Below are positions 21,066 through 31,589 of a DNA stretch of 64,000 nucleotides, piece by piece. The position numbers and the translations under genes are program-made. The notes under the pieces are model-generated. The model made no database searches. It had not been told where the DNA came from and was given only the letters and a program-made list of their open reading frames with translations. This DNA comes from Candidatus Binatia bacterium (GTDB lineage Bacteria > Desulfobacterota > Binatia > HRBIN30), in NCBI GenBank assembly GCA_038245295.1, contig JBBRSP010000003.1, positions 64,001 through 128,000 of the forward strand. Direction: 5' to 3'. How positions within the stretch are numbered: the first letter of the stretch is position 1; every line of letters starts with the position of its first letter.

Positions 21066-21350
21066 ATGACGAAGGGCGACATCGTGGAGCGCATCTACGA
21101 GAAGGTGGGATTCTCGAAGAAGGAAGCCAGCGATGTTGTCGAGTCTGTATTTGAGATCATAAAAAAGCATCTGGAGTCGGGAGATAAAGTGAAGGTCTCC
21201 GGCTTCGGTAACTTCCAGATCAATCAAAAGCGTCCTCGCAAGGGGCGCAACCCGCAAACGGGCGATCAGATCGTCATTACGGGTCGCAAGGTCCTGACCT
21301 TCAAAGCGAGTCAGGTCCTTAAGAAATCGATGAACGGCGCCGGCGAATAG
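21066..21350 (+). CDS. ihfA: Integration host factor alpha subunit
   Basis: MTKGDIVERIYEKVGFSKKE...SGFGNF...GRNPQTG; directly after pheT. Confidence 0.92.
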   Translation: MTKGDIVERIYEKVGFSKKEASDVVESVFEIIKKHLESGDKVKVSGFGNFQINQKRPRKGRNPQTGDQIVITGRKVLTFKASQVLKKSMNGAGE

Positions 21351-21363
21351 CCGTTCTGCACCA

Positions 21364-21398
21364 GACCGGCCACTTCCATGTGGCCGGTCGTTCATTTT
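21364..21398 (+). terminator. Probable terminator hairpin after ihfA
   Basis: GACCGGCCAC-ttccat-GTGGCCGGTC followed by GTTCATTTT. Confidence 0.65.
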
Positions 21399-21454
21399 CG
21401 TTCAATCCATCCACGCATCTCCGCGTTTCGATCCTGCGGGCTGTCCTGTGCCCG

Positions 21455-21470
21455 TGGCATGAGCGTTGCT
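21455..21470 (+). promoter_or_regulatory. Sigma-54 (-24/-12) promoter motif
   Basis: TGGCAT-GAGCG-TTGCT fits TGGCAC-N5-TTGC, 50 nt upstream of a small ORF. Confidence 0.6.
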
Positions 21471-21520
21471 CGTTTGAGCGCTGCTGTGCCGACTTTGATG
21501 ATCAACGAACGGAGACGCCT

Positions 21521-21760
21521 GTGACTTTCCAAGCGTTGCGATTACTGATGCTCAACCGGGTTCTCTGGGGCCGCAACGCAGCGATCTGCGTCAGCGAGCT
21601 GGCCGCGATGCTGCACGCCACTGAACTGGAGACCGAGACGTTGCTGGCGGAGCTGAGTGATGGCGGCTGGATTGCCCGCAATCGCGATGCACGCACGGTT
21701 TGGCTTACGGCGCGCGCCGCGCGTGACCTGATGCGCGACGACAATGCTGCCGTGAGTTGA
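21521..21760 (+). CDS. Small hypothetical winged-helix-like protein (79 aa)
   Basis: GGAG RBS and GTG start; VSELAAMLH...LLAELSDGGWIARNRDARTVWLTARA resembles a wHTH core. Confidence 0.55.
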   Translation: MTFQALRLLMLNRVLWGRNAAICVSELAAMLHATELETETLLAELSDGGWIARNRDARTVWLTARAARDLMRDDNAAVS

Positions 21761-21820
21761 GTTTACTCCCACAAAACACTAACACCCTGTGGCGGCCGGC
21801 TTCCGGCCGCATCAACATGT

Positions 21821-21894
21821 CGGGGTGTAGCGCAGCCTGGTAGCGCACTCGCTTGGGGTGCGAGTGGTCGTGGGTTCAAATCCCGCCACCCCGA
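21821..21894 (+). tRNA. tRNA-Pro (GGG), CCA not encoded
   Basis: CGGGGTG/CACCCCG acceptor stem, anticodon arm CTCGC-TTGGGGT-GCGAG, GGTTCAAATCC. Confidence 0.96.
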
Positions 21895-21987
21895 CTCTCT
21901 TCTGTCCTGCGGCTTCGCTCCTGAGAGCCGGACGATTTCTCCTACTCGGCGCTTAATTTGGCTTGACGCGAATGATAACGTCGCGCC

Positions 21988-22728
21988 GTGGCAATTTTGT
22001 TGAGCAATGATGATGGGATTTCGGCGGCGGGGTTGCAGGCGCTCAAGCAGAGTTTGTCGCCGCTCGAGGAAACCTGGGTGGTCGCGCCGGACCGCAACCA
22101 GAGCGCCGTGAGCCATGCCCTTACGCTGTACAGGCCATTGCGTATCGATGAGGTGGCCAAGCGTTGTTTCACCGTCGACGGCACACCGACCGATTGTGTC
22201 AAGCTTGGCATCGATCAGATCTTGCCGATGCGACCACGCCTGGTGGTGTCCGGCATCAACCATGGTGCCAACCTGGGTGATGACGTGACCTATTCGGGAA
22301 CTGTTTCCGCGGCTTTCGAAGCAACCCTGTTGGGCGTACCGGCCATTGCCGTCTCGCAGATGGGCCGCGTTGCTTTCGACTTCTCGGTGGCGGCGTCGTT
22401 TGTACGCGCCCTCGTGGCGCGTGTGCTCGTTTACGGTCTCCCGCCCGATACGCTGCTCAATATCAACGTGCCTGAAGGCGAAGTGACCGGCTATGCCATC
22501 ACGCGCCAGGGCAAACGCCGCTACGACGCGGAGATCATCGAGAAGGTCGATCCGCGCGGGCGCAAGTATTACTGGATCGGCGGCGACGAACCCGGACATG
22601 TTGTCGAGGAAGGTACCGACTTTGCCGCCGTGCACAGCGGTCTCATCTCGATCACGCCGCTGCATCTCGATCTCACCAACTACGCTTCGTTCAACACCCT
22701 GGCGGAGCTCAATGTGCAGTGGCCATGA
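21988..22728 (+). CDS. surE: 5'/3'-nucleotidase SurE
   Basis: ILLSNDDG, DGTPTDCV, SGINHGANLG, YSGTV. Confidence 0.96.
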   Translation: MAILLSNDDGISAAGLQALKQSLSPLEETWVVAPDRNQSAVSHALTLYRPLRIDEVAKRCFTVDGTPTDCVKLGIDQILPMRPRLVVSGINHGANLGDDVTYSGTVSAAFEATLLGVPAIAVSQMGRVAFDFSVAASFVRALVARVLVYGLPPDTLLNINVPEGEVTGYAITRQGKRRYDAEIIEKVDPRGRKYYWIGGDEPGHVVEEGTDFAAVHSGLISITPLHLDLTNYASFNTLAELNVQWP

Positions 22729-23438
22729 ACACGCCGGCGCGCCTGCAGCGGCCTGTGCTGATCGCTGTGGCCTGTCTGATCGCCGGCTGCAGCCACGGCG
22801 TGCACCATCGCGTCAAAGCCGGCGAGACACTCTTCCGCATCAGCAAGGCCTACGGCGTCTCGGTGGCGGAATTGACCAGGGCCAACCGTATCAGTGATCC
22901 ATCACGCATCGAGGTTGGTGATGAGTTGGTGATCCCCGGCGCCGACAACTCCGTGCCCGTCGACCTGGTTGCGCCGAAAAGCGTCAGCCTACGCGGCACT
23001 CCCCAGCGCCCCGCGCCGAGCGGCAATCTGGCGTTGCAGTGGCCGGTACGCCGTGGCCAGGTCTCGTCGCATTTCGGCACGCGCGACGGCAACGTGCACG
23101 ACGGCGTCGATATTACGGCGCCGGTCGGCACGCCGATCTTTGCGGCGGCCGCCGGAGAGGTGATCTACGCCGATACATTGCGCGGCTATGGCAACGTCGT
23201 CATCGTGCGCCATCCCAGTGGCTTTGCGACGGTGTACGCGCACAACGACAAGAACCTCGTGCGAGCCGGGCAGCCCGTGACGCGTGGCGAGCAGATCGCC
23301 ACGTTGGGCGACAGCGGCCGCACCACCGGCGCCAATCTCCACTTCGAAGTACGCCAGGACAACATTGCCCGTGATCCATTGCCCTATCTGCCTGCCGAGC
23401 CGCGCCCCCCAGCGCTTACGGTGCGAGCCGCCGACTGA
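22725..23438 (+). CDS. LysM + M23 peptidase lipoprotein (NlpD-like)
   Basis: Lipobox IAGC, LysM HRVKAGETLFRIS, HDGVDI, YAH, LHFEVR. Confidence 0.92.
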   Translation: MNTPARLQRPVLIAVACLIAGCSHGVHHRVKAGETLFRISKAYGVSVAELTRANRISDPSRIEVGDELVIPGADNSVPVDLVAPKSVSLRGTPQRPAPSGNLALQWPVRRGQVSSHFGTRDGNVHDGVDITAPVGTPIFAAAAGEVIYADTLRGYGNVVIVRHPSGFATVYAHNDKNLVRAGQPVTRGEQIATLGDSGRTTGANLHFEVRQDNIARDPLPYLPAEPRPPALTVRAAD

Positions 23439-23459
23439 CAGCCACGAAAGGATCCGACC

Positions 23460-23972
23460 GTGACCGATCTGAAGAAACACATCCGTGACATCCCCGACTT
23501 CCCGAAGCCGGGCATCTTGTTTCGCGACGTCACGCCCTTGTTGGCGGACGGCCCGCTGTTGCGCGAAACGGTGGATCGACTGAGTGAGCCATACAAAGGC
23601 AAGATCGACATGGTCGTCGGCATCGAGTCACGCGGGTTCATTTTCGGCGCTCCGGTGGCCTACGCCCTCGGTGCCGGCTTCTGCATCGTGCGCAAGCCGG
23701 GCAAGCTGCCGTCGGCGACCTACAGCGCCGAGTACGCACTCGAGTATGGCACCGACAAGTTGGAGATTCATCGCGATGCCTTCGCCGAGCCGACGCGAGT
23801 GCTGCTCGTTGACGACCTTCTGGCGACAGGTGGCACGGCCGGTGCGGCGTGTGAGCTCATCGAGAAGCTCGGTGGGCAGGTTGTGGCCTGTGCGTTTGTG
23901 ATCGAGCTTGGTTTTCTGGCCGGTCGTAAGGCCCTCGCTCCTCGTCCGGTAAGCGCATTGCTCGAGTATTGA
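23460..23972 (+). CDS. apt: Adenine phosphoribosyltransferase
   Basis: [39 protein letters not shown]. Confidence 0.96.
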   Translation: MTDLKKHIRDIPDFPKPGILFRDVTPLLADGPLLRETVDRLSEPYKGKIDMVVGIESRGFIFGAPVAYALGAGFCIVRKPGKLPSATYSAEYALEYGTDKLEIHRDAFAEPTRVLLVDDLLATGGTAGAACELIEKLGGQVVACAFVIELGFLAGRKALAPRPVSALLEY

Positions 23973-23982
23973 CCAGCCGCCG

Positions 23983-26187
23983 ATGTTCCGCCTCCGCCTC
24001 ACGCCCCTGCGGTTGGCGCTGCTTGTGGCAGCCCTCCTGTCGACAATGCGCCTGCGGAGCTGCTCGCAATATCTGGATCTGCTGGACGCGCGGCTGGGCG
24101 ACTATCGCCTGATTCAGCGCGGCCGCCAGCTAGTGTCGCCTGAGATCGTTATTGTTGCGGTTGATGATGCGAGCATCGATGCCGTCGGTCGCTGGCCGTG
24201 GTCGCGAGCGGTGGTGGGGCGTCTGGTCGATCGCCTTACCGAGGCCCGGGCCGCGGTAATCGGCTTCGATATCGTCCAATCGGAGCCCACGGCGCCGCAA
24301 GATCTCTCCTTGCTGCGCACGAAACTGAAGGATCTCGACGACGCCACCTGGGCCAAGGTGCGCGAAGGCATGTCGGTATCGCCGGAGGACGAAATTCTAG
24401 CGACCTCGGTCAAGGCGTCGGGGCGCACGGTTCTCGGATACTTTTTCAGCAAGACGGGCGGCAATGCCGCCGCGTCGCCCAAGATCTCCCAGTATGTCGT
24501 GAAGAAGCCCAAAGGTATCGCGCCGGAGGTGGATGCCAACCTCGACAGGCTGCTGCACCAGGAGCGCGCCGTGGTGGGCAACCTGCCCATGCTCAACGCC
24601 GGAGCGACCGCCGTGGGATTCTTCAACATCGAGCCGGATCCCGACGGGTATTGCCGGCATGCGCTGATGGCGATGCGCTACGGCGATCGCACCGCGCTGC
24701 CGCTGTCGATTGCGGTGCTGCAGGTGTACCTCAAGCTGGGCAACCCGGTCTTGCGATATCTGGATCCGTTTTCGGTGGAGATTGGTCTTGGGAAACTGAC
24801 AATCCCGATCGGCCTCGATGGCAATCTGGTGATCAATTACCGTGGGCAGGGACGAACATTCCCTCATATCTCCGCCTCCGACGTGCTGGAGGGGCGTGTC
24901 GGTGCGGATCAACTCGCGGGTAAGATCGTCATCGTCGGCGTCACGGCGAAAGCCGTCTACGATTTGCGAGTGACTCCGTTGGACAAACAGTTCCCGGGAG
25001 TCGAGACCCACGCCAATGTGATCGACAACGTATTGCGACAGGATTTTCTCATTCGCCCGGCGTGGGCACCGCAATTCGAGGTTGGCGTCATCATTGCGGT
25101 TGCGCTCCTGCTGACGGGGGTCTTGCACTATGCCCGTGGTGTCTGGGGGGCGATCGTCGGATTGGCGGCGCTCGCCGCGTATCTGATCGGCAGCCAATGG
25201 TTGTTCGTGGCGCGAGGTCTCGTGCTGAGTGTGTTCTATCCGTCGGCCGCCATTGTCCTGACGTATTCGGCGCTCACCGTGCACCAGTACGTCACCCAGG
25301 ATCGCGAGAAGCGCCGCCAGCGTAAGGCGCTTGAGCTTTACCTCAGCCCGTCGTTGGCTGCGATCGTCAGCGAACACGCCGGCGAAATGCGCATGGGCGG
25401 TGAGAAGCGCGACCATACCGTCCTGTTCTCCGACGTGCGCGGCTTTACGACGATTGCCGAGCAGCTCGATGCCGACGTCTTGGTCGAGTCACTCAACGCC
25501 TACCTCGGTGCGATGACCGACGTCATCTTCGAGTACGACGGCATGCTCGACAAATACATCGGCGACGGGATCATGGCGATTTGGAGCTCCCCGTTGCCGC
25601 AGGAAGATCATGCCGTCTTGGCGTGTCGTGCGGCGCTGTCGATGATGGCGAAACTCGCGACGATGCAGATTGAGTGGAGTAAGAAGGGTTGGCCGGAGTT
25701 CGTCATACGCATCGGCTTGCACACCGGGCCGATGATCTTCGGCAACATGGGCTCGAGCCAGCACCTGAGCCTGACTGTCGTCGGCGACAACGTCAACCTC
25801 GGCGCCCGGCTCGAAGGTCTGAACAAAGCGTACGACACCAATATCATCGCCAGCGAGAGTACCGTCCAACAAGCCGGTGATGCCATCGTCGTGCGTGAGT
25901 TGGATATGGTGCGCGTCAAAGGCCGCCTGCAACCCGTGCGGGTCTACGAAGTACTAGGCTTGGCCGAGGACGCGTCGCGCTGGGCGGCGATGCTTGTCTA
26001 CTGGAACTCCGGTCTGGCCGCTTACCGCGAGCGACGCTGGGACGACGCAATCGCCGAATTCCAGTCGGTCATCAACGTTCGGGCCTTCGATGGCCCGGCG
26101 CGTATCTATATCGCTCGCTGCAAGGGCTTGATGGAATCGCCACCGCCCGAGGACTGGGGCGGCGTCAGGACGATGGAGGAGAAGTAG
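23983..26187 (+). CDS. CHASE2-domain class III adenylate/guanylate cyclase
   Basis: GRWPWSR and PGVETHAN (CHASE2), 3 TMs, FSDVRGFT, DKYIGDGIMA, GDNVNLGARLE. Confidence 0.94.
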   Translation: MFRLRLTPLRLALLVAALLSTMRLRSCSQYLDLLDARLGDYRLIQRGRQLVSPEIVIVAVDDASIDAVGRWPWSRAVVGRLVDRLTEARAAVIGFDIVQSEPTAPQDLSLLRTKLKDLDDATWAKVREGMSVSPEDEILATSVKASGRTVLGYFFSKTGGNAAASPKISQYVVKKPKGIAPEVDANLDRLLHQERAVVGNLPMLNAGATAVGFFNIEPDPDGYCRHALMAMRYGDRTALPLSIAVLQVYLKLGNPVLRYLDPFSVEIGLGKLTIPIGLDGNLVINYRGQGRTFPHISASDVLEGRVGADQLAGKIVIVGVTAKAVYDLRVTPLDKQFPGVETHANVIDNVLRQDFLIRPAWAPQFEVGVIIAVALLLTGVLHYARGVWGAIVGLAALAAYLIGSQWLFVARGLVLSVFYPSAAIVLTYSALTVHQYVTQDREKRRQRKALELYLSPSLAAIVSEHAGEMRMGGEKRDHTVLFSDVRGFTTIAEQLDADVLVESLNAYLGAMTDVIFEYDGMLDKYIGDGIMAIWSSPLPQEDHAVLACRAALSMMAKLATMQIEWSKKGWPEFVIRIGLHTGPMIFGNMGSSQHLSLTVVGDNVNLGARLEGLNKAYDTNIIASESTVQQAGDAIVVRELDMVRVKGRLQPVRVYEVLGLAEDASRWAAMLVYWNSGLAAYRERRWDDAIAEFQSVINVRAFDGPARIYIARCKGLMESPPPEDWGGVRTMEEK

Positions 26188-26355
26188 GCGATTGGCCCGA
26201 CCGATCGTTGCCGGCAATCGTGGGGCAACGAGAACCGCGAACCCTGAATTAGAACAGGGATGGTCGAAGTCTACCGAGGTTCGCCCGCACCCTGCGCGCC
26301 GAACCCCGTACCTGCGAGAATTGGCAAGTCGGCCTGGGCAGTGTCTTTGGTCGCG

Positions 26356-27783
26356 CTACGCCGGCCGTGCCCCGGCAACCTCGGCGGCCTCGACCAATTC
26401 GGCCAGCGCTTCGCGAATGAACCCGTTGATCAGTTCCAGGTCAGGCATGGTGTCGTAGTCACCCATCAGGCCGAAGGTCAGGGAACCGTTGTAACTGACC
26501 AGCGCGACGATCAGGCGGAAGCCGTCGACGATGAAGCCGACCGGCGCCATCTCGAGCAACTGGCGTCCCAGCAGGTAGAGCGGGAACTGCGGGCCTGGAA
26601 CGTTGGTGACGGTGACGTTGGCGAACATCGGTGAGAAGTGCAGTCGCGATGCCTGGGCGAACAGCGTCGGCGGAGCGAAACGCTCGAGGCCGATGATCAG
26701 CTGGGCGCCGAGCGCTTGTTTCGAATCCTTCAGGTCGCGCATCGACTCGTGCACGATGTTGAGCCGCTCCACCGGGTCGTCACAATACACAGGTAGCGGA
26801 GCAACCATGAGCGTGATCCGGTTTCCAAACTGGTTGTGCTCGCCTTGCGTTCGCACCGAAACCGGTACGCCGGCGCGCAGCTCGAGACCTTCGGTCAGCA
26901 CGCCGCGGCGTCGCAACCACCGCGACAACGCCCCGGCGACGACCGCCAGGACGACATCGTTGATCGTTCCGCCCAGCCCACTCTTGATGATCTTGTAGTC
27001 GTTCAGATCCGTGCGCAGCCATGTCACGCGGCGATGCGCGCTGATCGGCCCGTTCAACGGCGAGTCGGGCGCCGGCGACATGCCGGCCCACAGCACTTCG
27101 CCCAGGGCGGTGGCAACCTCGGCGGCACTCCCAAACGAGCTCTGCGGCGCCTGCAGGGATTCGATGGACTTGGTTACCAACTCACCGGAGACCTTGGCGG
27201 CATCACGCACGAGGTCAGCGACCAGCGCTATCTGCGACGGCTCCGGGTTGGGGGTCCATTTGTCGGTTGGGGGGTCCTTGGTGATTTCCGGAGACACGTC
27301 GAAAAGCAGGGTGGCGATGTCGACTCCGGATACGCCGTCGATCATCGCGTGGTGCGTCTTGCTCAGAACCGCGAAGCGGCCGCCCTCGAGGCCTTCGACC
27401 AGATACAGCTCCCACAGCGGCTTGGAGCGATCGAGGCGCTGCGAGAAGATGCGCGCCGTCAGACTCTTCAGCTGGTCGATGGTCCCAGGCGGCGGCAATG
27501 CCGTGTGGCGCACGTGATAGGTGAGATTGAAGCGCGTATCGTCGATCCATAACGGCCGTCCGAGTTCGAGCCCGAGGCCCGGCAACTTGGGTACGGCGAT
27601 CTTCTGGCGATAGCGCGGTACCAGATGCAGCCGGCTCTCGATCTTGGCGGCCAGGTCAGGGTAGGGGGGCGGCGGACCCTCAAAGATCATCACACCACCA
27701 ATGTGCATGTGTGACGGACCGGTCTCCTGAACCAGGAAGGATGCGTCGGTCGCACTCAGTCGATCCATGTGTGCTTGCGCCAT
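26356..27783 (-). CDS. Wax ester synthase/diacylglycerol acyltransferase (WS/DGAT)
   Basis: RLSATDASFL, LDRSKPLWE, catalytic HHAMIDG, TNVPGP. Confidence 0.94.
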   Translation of the reverse strand: MAQAHMDRLSATDASFLVQETGPSHMHIGGVMIFEGPPPPYPDLAAKIESRLHLVPRYRQKIAVPKLPGLGLELGRPLWIDDTRFNLTYHVRHTALPPPGTIDQLKSLTARIFSQRLDRSKPLWELYLVEGLEGGRFAVLSKTHHAMIDGVSGVDIATLLFDVSPEITKDPPTDKWTPNPEPSQIALVADLVRDAAKVSGELVTKSIESLQAPQSSFGSAAEVATALGEVLWAGMSPAPDSPLNGPISAHRRVTWLRTDLNDYKIIKSGLGGTINDVVLAVVAGALSRWLRRRGVLTEGLELRAGVPVSVRTQGEHNQFGNRITLMVAPLPVYCDDPVERLNIVHESMRDLKDSKQALGAQLIIGLERFAPPTLFAQASRLHFSPMFANVTVTNVPGPQFPLYLLGRQLLEMAPVGFIVDGFRLIVALVSYNGSLTFGLMGDYDTMPDLELINGFIREALAELVEAAEVAGARPA

Positions 27784-29243
27784 CACTTCTCCCTACGGCG
27801 CGTTGCGGCCGCGACCGGTTTCTTCTTGGGCTTACCGCGCTGGCGGCGTGCTGCCGCCAGCAGCTCGGCAATCGAGTCTTCCAGATAACCGCCGATCTCG
27901 TCCAATTCGCCGAGGACATCGGGGTCGCACAATAAGCCGAATTCCAGTTTGCCGTTGTAACTCGCCACTACGACACTCAACGCCGAGTTCTCGACCAGGA
28001 AGCCGACCGGCCCGATACGCTCGACCTCGCGGCCGATCAGGTAGAGCGGCTGCTGCGGACCGGGTACGTTGGTCGCCAGGAGATTGAAGAGGCGCGTCGA
28101 GAAATTGAGTCGCGAGGCCTGCGCCAGGAGGGCCGGCGGAGCGAAGCGCTGCACCGTGCTGATGGTCTGCGCGCCGAGGGCTTGCTTCGATTGCTTGAGC
28201 CCCTCGAGGGCTCGCTTGACTGTACGTAGTCGTTCGACCGGATCGTTGATGTGTACCGGGAGCGGTGCGAAACATTCGACGATGCGGTTGCCGAGCTCGC
28301 CCTGCTCATCGTTGGTGCGCAGTGAGATCGGAATGGCGGCGCGCAACTGCAGGTTCTTGGTGCTGACGCCGCGCGTGCGCAGCCAGCGCGCCAACGCCCC
28401 GGTTACCGCCGCCAGATAGACGTCGTTGATTGTTCCGCCGAAAGCGTCCTTGATCTTCTTCATGTCGGCGAGCTTACACTCGCCCCACCAGACGCGACGG
28501 TGCGAGCTCAGCGGAACGTTGAGCGGCGTCGGCGACGGCGGATTGAGCATGGCGGAGATGAAGTCGCCGACGCCTTGCGCCACCTGCTGGGCCAGCAGGA
28601 CAGCACTTTCCGGATCGTTCCATAGATCGACGAGCTGCCGTCCTAGTGCCAAGGGCACACTCACGGCATCGCGTACGCCGGCGGCGAGCATTTGCGGCGC
28701 GTTGGGCTCCGGATGTGCCAGCCAGACGCGCGGTGCCGGCAGGGTATCCATGTGCTGTGGGTGCGGCGTGGCGTCGAAGAGCACCGTATTCAGATCGACC
28801 CCGGCGACGCCGTCGACCATGGCGTGATGCGTTTTGGTGATGATGGCAAAGCGATCGTCCTCGAGGCCCTGAACCAGCCACATCTCCCAGAGTGGCTTCG
28901 AGCGATCGAGGCCCTGCGAGAAGATACGCCCAGTCAGGCGACGCAGATGGTTCATCGAGTTGCCGCTCGGCAAACCGGTGTGGCGCACATGGTATTCGAG
29001 GTTGAAGCGCGGATCGTCGACCCAGAACGGTCGCCCGAGCTGCAAGGGCGGGTACCACAGCTTCTGGCGGAAACGCGGCGCCAGATGCAAACGTGAGCGC
29101 ACGTGGGCGACGAAGTCGTCGAGCGACGGCGGCGGTCCCGCGGCAATCATCACCCAGCCAATGTGCATGTGGGTGCCGCGGTCTTCGTGCGCCAGGAAAG
29201 ACGCATCGAGAATGGATAATCGGTCGAGGTGCATGGCCATCAT
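27783..29243 (-). CDS. Wax ester synthase/diacylglycerol acyltransferase (WS/DGAT), paralog
   Basis: RLSILDASFL, HHAMVDG, TNVPGP; stop overlaps the next start (TGATG). Confidence 0.94.
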   Translation of the reverse strand: MMAMHLDRLSILDASFLAHEDRGTHMHIGWVMIAAGPPPSLDDFVAHVRSRLHLAPRFRQKLWYPPLQLGRPFWVDDPRFNLEYHVRHTGLPSGNSMNHLRRLTGRIFSQGLDRSKPLWEMWLVQGLEDDRFAIITKTHHAMVDGVAGVDLNTVLFDATPHPQHMDTLPAPRVWLAHPEPNAPQMLAAGVRDAVSVPLALGRQLVDLWNDPESAVLLAQQVAQGVGDFISAMLNPPSPTPLNVPLSSHRRVWWGECKLADMKKIKDAFGGTINDVYLAAVTGALARWLRTRGVSTKNLQLRAAIPISLRTNDEQGELGNRIVECFAPLPVHINDPVERLRTVKRALEGLKQSKQALGAQTISTVQRFAPPALLAQASRLNFSTRLFNLLATNVPGPQQPLYLIGREVERIGPVGFLVENSALSVVVASYNGKLEFGLLCDPDVLGELDEIGGYLEDSIAELLAAARRQRGKPKKKPVAAATRRREK

Positions 29244-29422
29244 GTGCTCCCAGGCTAACGGACGACGATCCTGTAGTTCATCGTTGGTGCTAGTCCAAGC
29301 GCCCTTGGGCTGATAAAGGCCTTGGCTCGATCAAAGGAGGGGCGAGCGATGTCGACGCGCGAAACCCGCCGTCGGCCGAGGCTGAGCGGGATGCACAACT
29401 CTACCGTGATAGGGATGCAATC

Positions 29423-31585
29423 GTGGCCGCGGTGAAATCCGGTGGTGGCTTACGGGCCGTTCGTTACACTCTCAAGAAGGCCGGCGAGGCAGGCGGGATC
29501 GTGCGGCTGACGCGGCGCATGTCGACGCACAATGCCTGCAAAACCTGTGCGGTCGGCATGAGCGGCATGCGCAACGAGGCCGGCAGCTTCCCCGAGGTGT
29601 GCAAGAAGTCGGTGCAGGCCCAGGCGGCGGATATGCAGCCGCCGATCAGCGAGTCGTTCTTCGGCGAGCATTCGATCGCCGATCTGGAACGCTGGCCCGG
29701 CCGAGCTCTCGAAGCTGCCGGACGGCTTGGCTTCCCGGTCGTGGCGCGTCCCGGTGATACACACTTCCGCCGGATCCTTTGGGACGAAGCCTATGCTGTC
29801 GCCGCGGCCGCTCTGCGTGCCGCGCCGCCACCGCGCACCTTCTTCTATTCCTCGGGACGCAGCAGCAACGAGGCGGCCTTCCTGCTGCAATGCTTCGCGC
29901 GCGTCTTCGGGACCAACAACGTCAACAATTGCTCTTACTATTGCCATCAGGCGTCGGGAGTCGCGCTGCAGCGAGCCATCGGGACGAGCACCGCGACCGT
30001 AACGCTCGATGATCTCGAACACGCTGACCTGGCGCTGATCATCGGCGCCAACCCGGCGTCGAACCATCCGCGTCTGATGACCCAGTTGGTGCAGCTGCGC
30101 CGCCGCGGCGGCAAGGTCATTGTCATCAACCCTCTGAAGGAAGTCGGGCTACAGCGGTTCCGCGTGCCATCCGACTGGCGCAGCATGGTGTTCGGGTCGG
30201 AGGTCTGTGATCTCTACTTGCAACCGCACATCGGCGCTGACATTGCGATTCTCAAGCTGCTGCTCAAGGATCTGATCGAGAGCGACAACGTCGATAGACC
30301 TTTCGTTGCGGCGCATGTCGAGGGCTGGGATGAGGTTGAAGCGAATGCGCGGCAGGCCTCCCGGCAAGCACTGCTGCAAGACTGCGGAATCGACGGCGAC
30401 AGCGTTGCGGCGGCGGTGCGGTTACTGGCCGGTTCGCAACGTGCCGTGTTCGCCTGGGCCATGGGCATCACGCAACACGCGCACGGTGTCGACAATGTGC
30501 ACGCGATCGTCAACCTGGCGCTGTCGCGCGGCATGCTCGGGAAGATGGGCGCGGGCCTCCTGCCGATCCGCGGCCACAGTAACGTCCAGGGTGTCGGTTC
30601 GGTCGGGGTGGCGCCGGCGCTGAAGGCCGAGTTCGCCCGCCGACTCGAAGATCTTTACGGGATCGATCTGCCCAAAGAAGCCGGGATGCATACCCTGGCG
30701 TCCATCGAGGCGGCCGACCGCGGCGCGATCGACGCGGCAATTCTCTTGGGTGGAAACCTGTATGAGGCCTCCCCGGACAGTCCGTGGACGGCCCAGGCGC
30801 TGCGCAAGATTGGCACGACCATCGCGATCACCACCAAGCTCAACGCCGGCCACATCCACGGCCGCGGCCGCGACATGCTGCTTCTGCCGGCGTTGGCGCG
30901 TGATGAAGAGTCGCAGTGCACGACGCAGGAGAGCATGTTCAACTTCGTGCGTGTCTCGGAAGGCGGCGCGGCGGCACTCTCGGAAGACATGCGCTCCGAA
31001 GTCGAGATGATGGCCACCTTGGCGGCGGCGGTCCTGCCGCCAGGCCCTGTCGACTTTGCCTCGATGCGCGACCACGGGGCAATCCGTGAGGCGATTGCGA
31101 AGGTGGTACCCGGATATGCTGCCGTGCGCGGCATCGAGTCTTCGAGGCAAGAGTTTCAGGTTCCCGGGCGGACGTTTCACGCCGCCGAGTTTGCGACCGC
31201 TAGCCGAAGGGCACTGGCGAAGATTACGCCGGTTCCACCCTTTCATTTGTGCGCAGGTGAATTTCGACTCATGACGTTGCGCTCCGAAGGCCAGTTCAAC
31301 ACGGTCGTCTACGAAGACGAGGATATCTACCGCGGCAACGAGCGACGCGACGTCGTGATGATGAATGAGGGCGATGCGCGGGCGCGTGGCTGGCAGCGCG
31401 ATCAACGCGTTTCGGTCGAGAACGACACCGGGGCTATGATCGCGCTCATTCGATTTGCCGATCTGCCGCCGGGCAACTTGGCGATGTACTACCCAGAGGC
31501 GAATGTGCTGATTCCTCGACGCGTCGATCCTGAATCGGCGACGCCGGTGTTCAAGTCGGTTGCGGCGCGCCTGCGCGCGTTGTAA
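29423..31585 (+). CDS. FdhF/YdeP family molybdopterin oxidoreductase
   Basis: CKTCA, YSSGRSSNEA, NNCSYYCHQASG, NPASNHPR, IRGHSNVQG, TLRSEGQFNT. Confidence 0.92.
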   Translation: MAAVKSGGGLRAVRYTLKKAGEAGGIVRLTRRMSTHNACKTCAVGMSGMRNEAGSFPEVCKKSVQAQAADMQPPISESFFGEHSIADLERWPGRALEAAGRLGFPVVARPGDTHFRRILWDEAYAVAAAALRAAPPPRTFFYSSGRSSNEAAFLLQCFARVFGTNNVNNCSYYCHQASGVALQRAIGTSTATVTLDDLEHADLALIIGANPASNHPRLMTQLVQLRRRGGKVIVINPLKEVGLQRFRVPSDWRSMVFGSEVCDLYLQPHIGADIAILKLLLKDLIESDNVDRPFVAAHVEGWDEVEANARQASRQALLQDCGIDGDSVAAAVRLLAGSQRAVFAWAMGITQHAHGVDNVHAIVNLALSRGMLGKMGAGLLPIRGHSNVQGVGSVGVAPALKAEFARRLEDLYGIDLPKEAGMHTLASIEAADRGAIDAAILLGGNLYEASPDSPWTAQALRKIGTTIAITTKLNAGHIHGRGRDMLLLPALARDEESQCTTQESMFNFVRVSEGGAAALSEDMRSEVEMMATLAAAVLPPGPVDFASMRDHGAIREAIAKVVPGYAAVRGIESSRQEFQVPGRTFHAAEFATASRRALAKITPVPPFHLCAGEFRLMTLRSEGQFNTVVYEDEDIYRGNERRDVVMMNEGDARARGWQRDQRVSVENDTGAMIALIRFADLPPGNLAMYYPEANVLIPRRVDPESATPVFKSVAARLRAL

Positions 31586-31589
31586 TTGA

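Noticed and set aside
21891..21990. tRNA-Pro as an integration site
   Set aside because: No integrase or duplicated tRNA 3' end; surE follows directly
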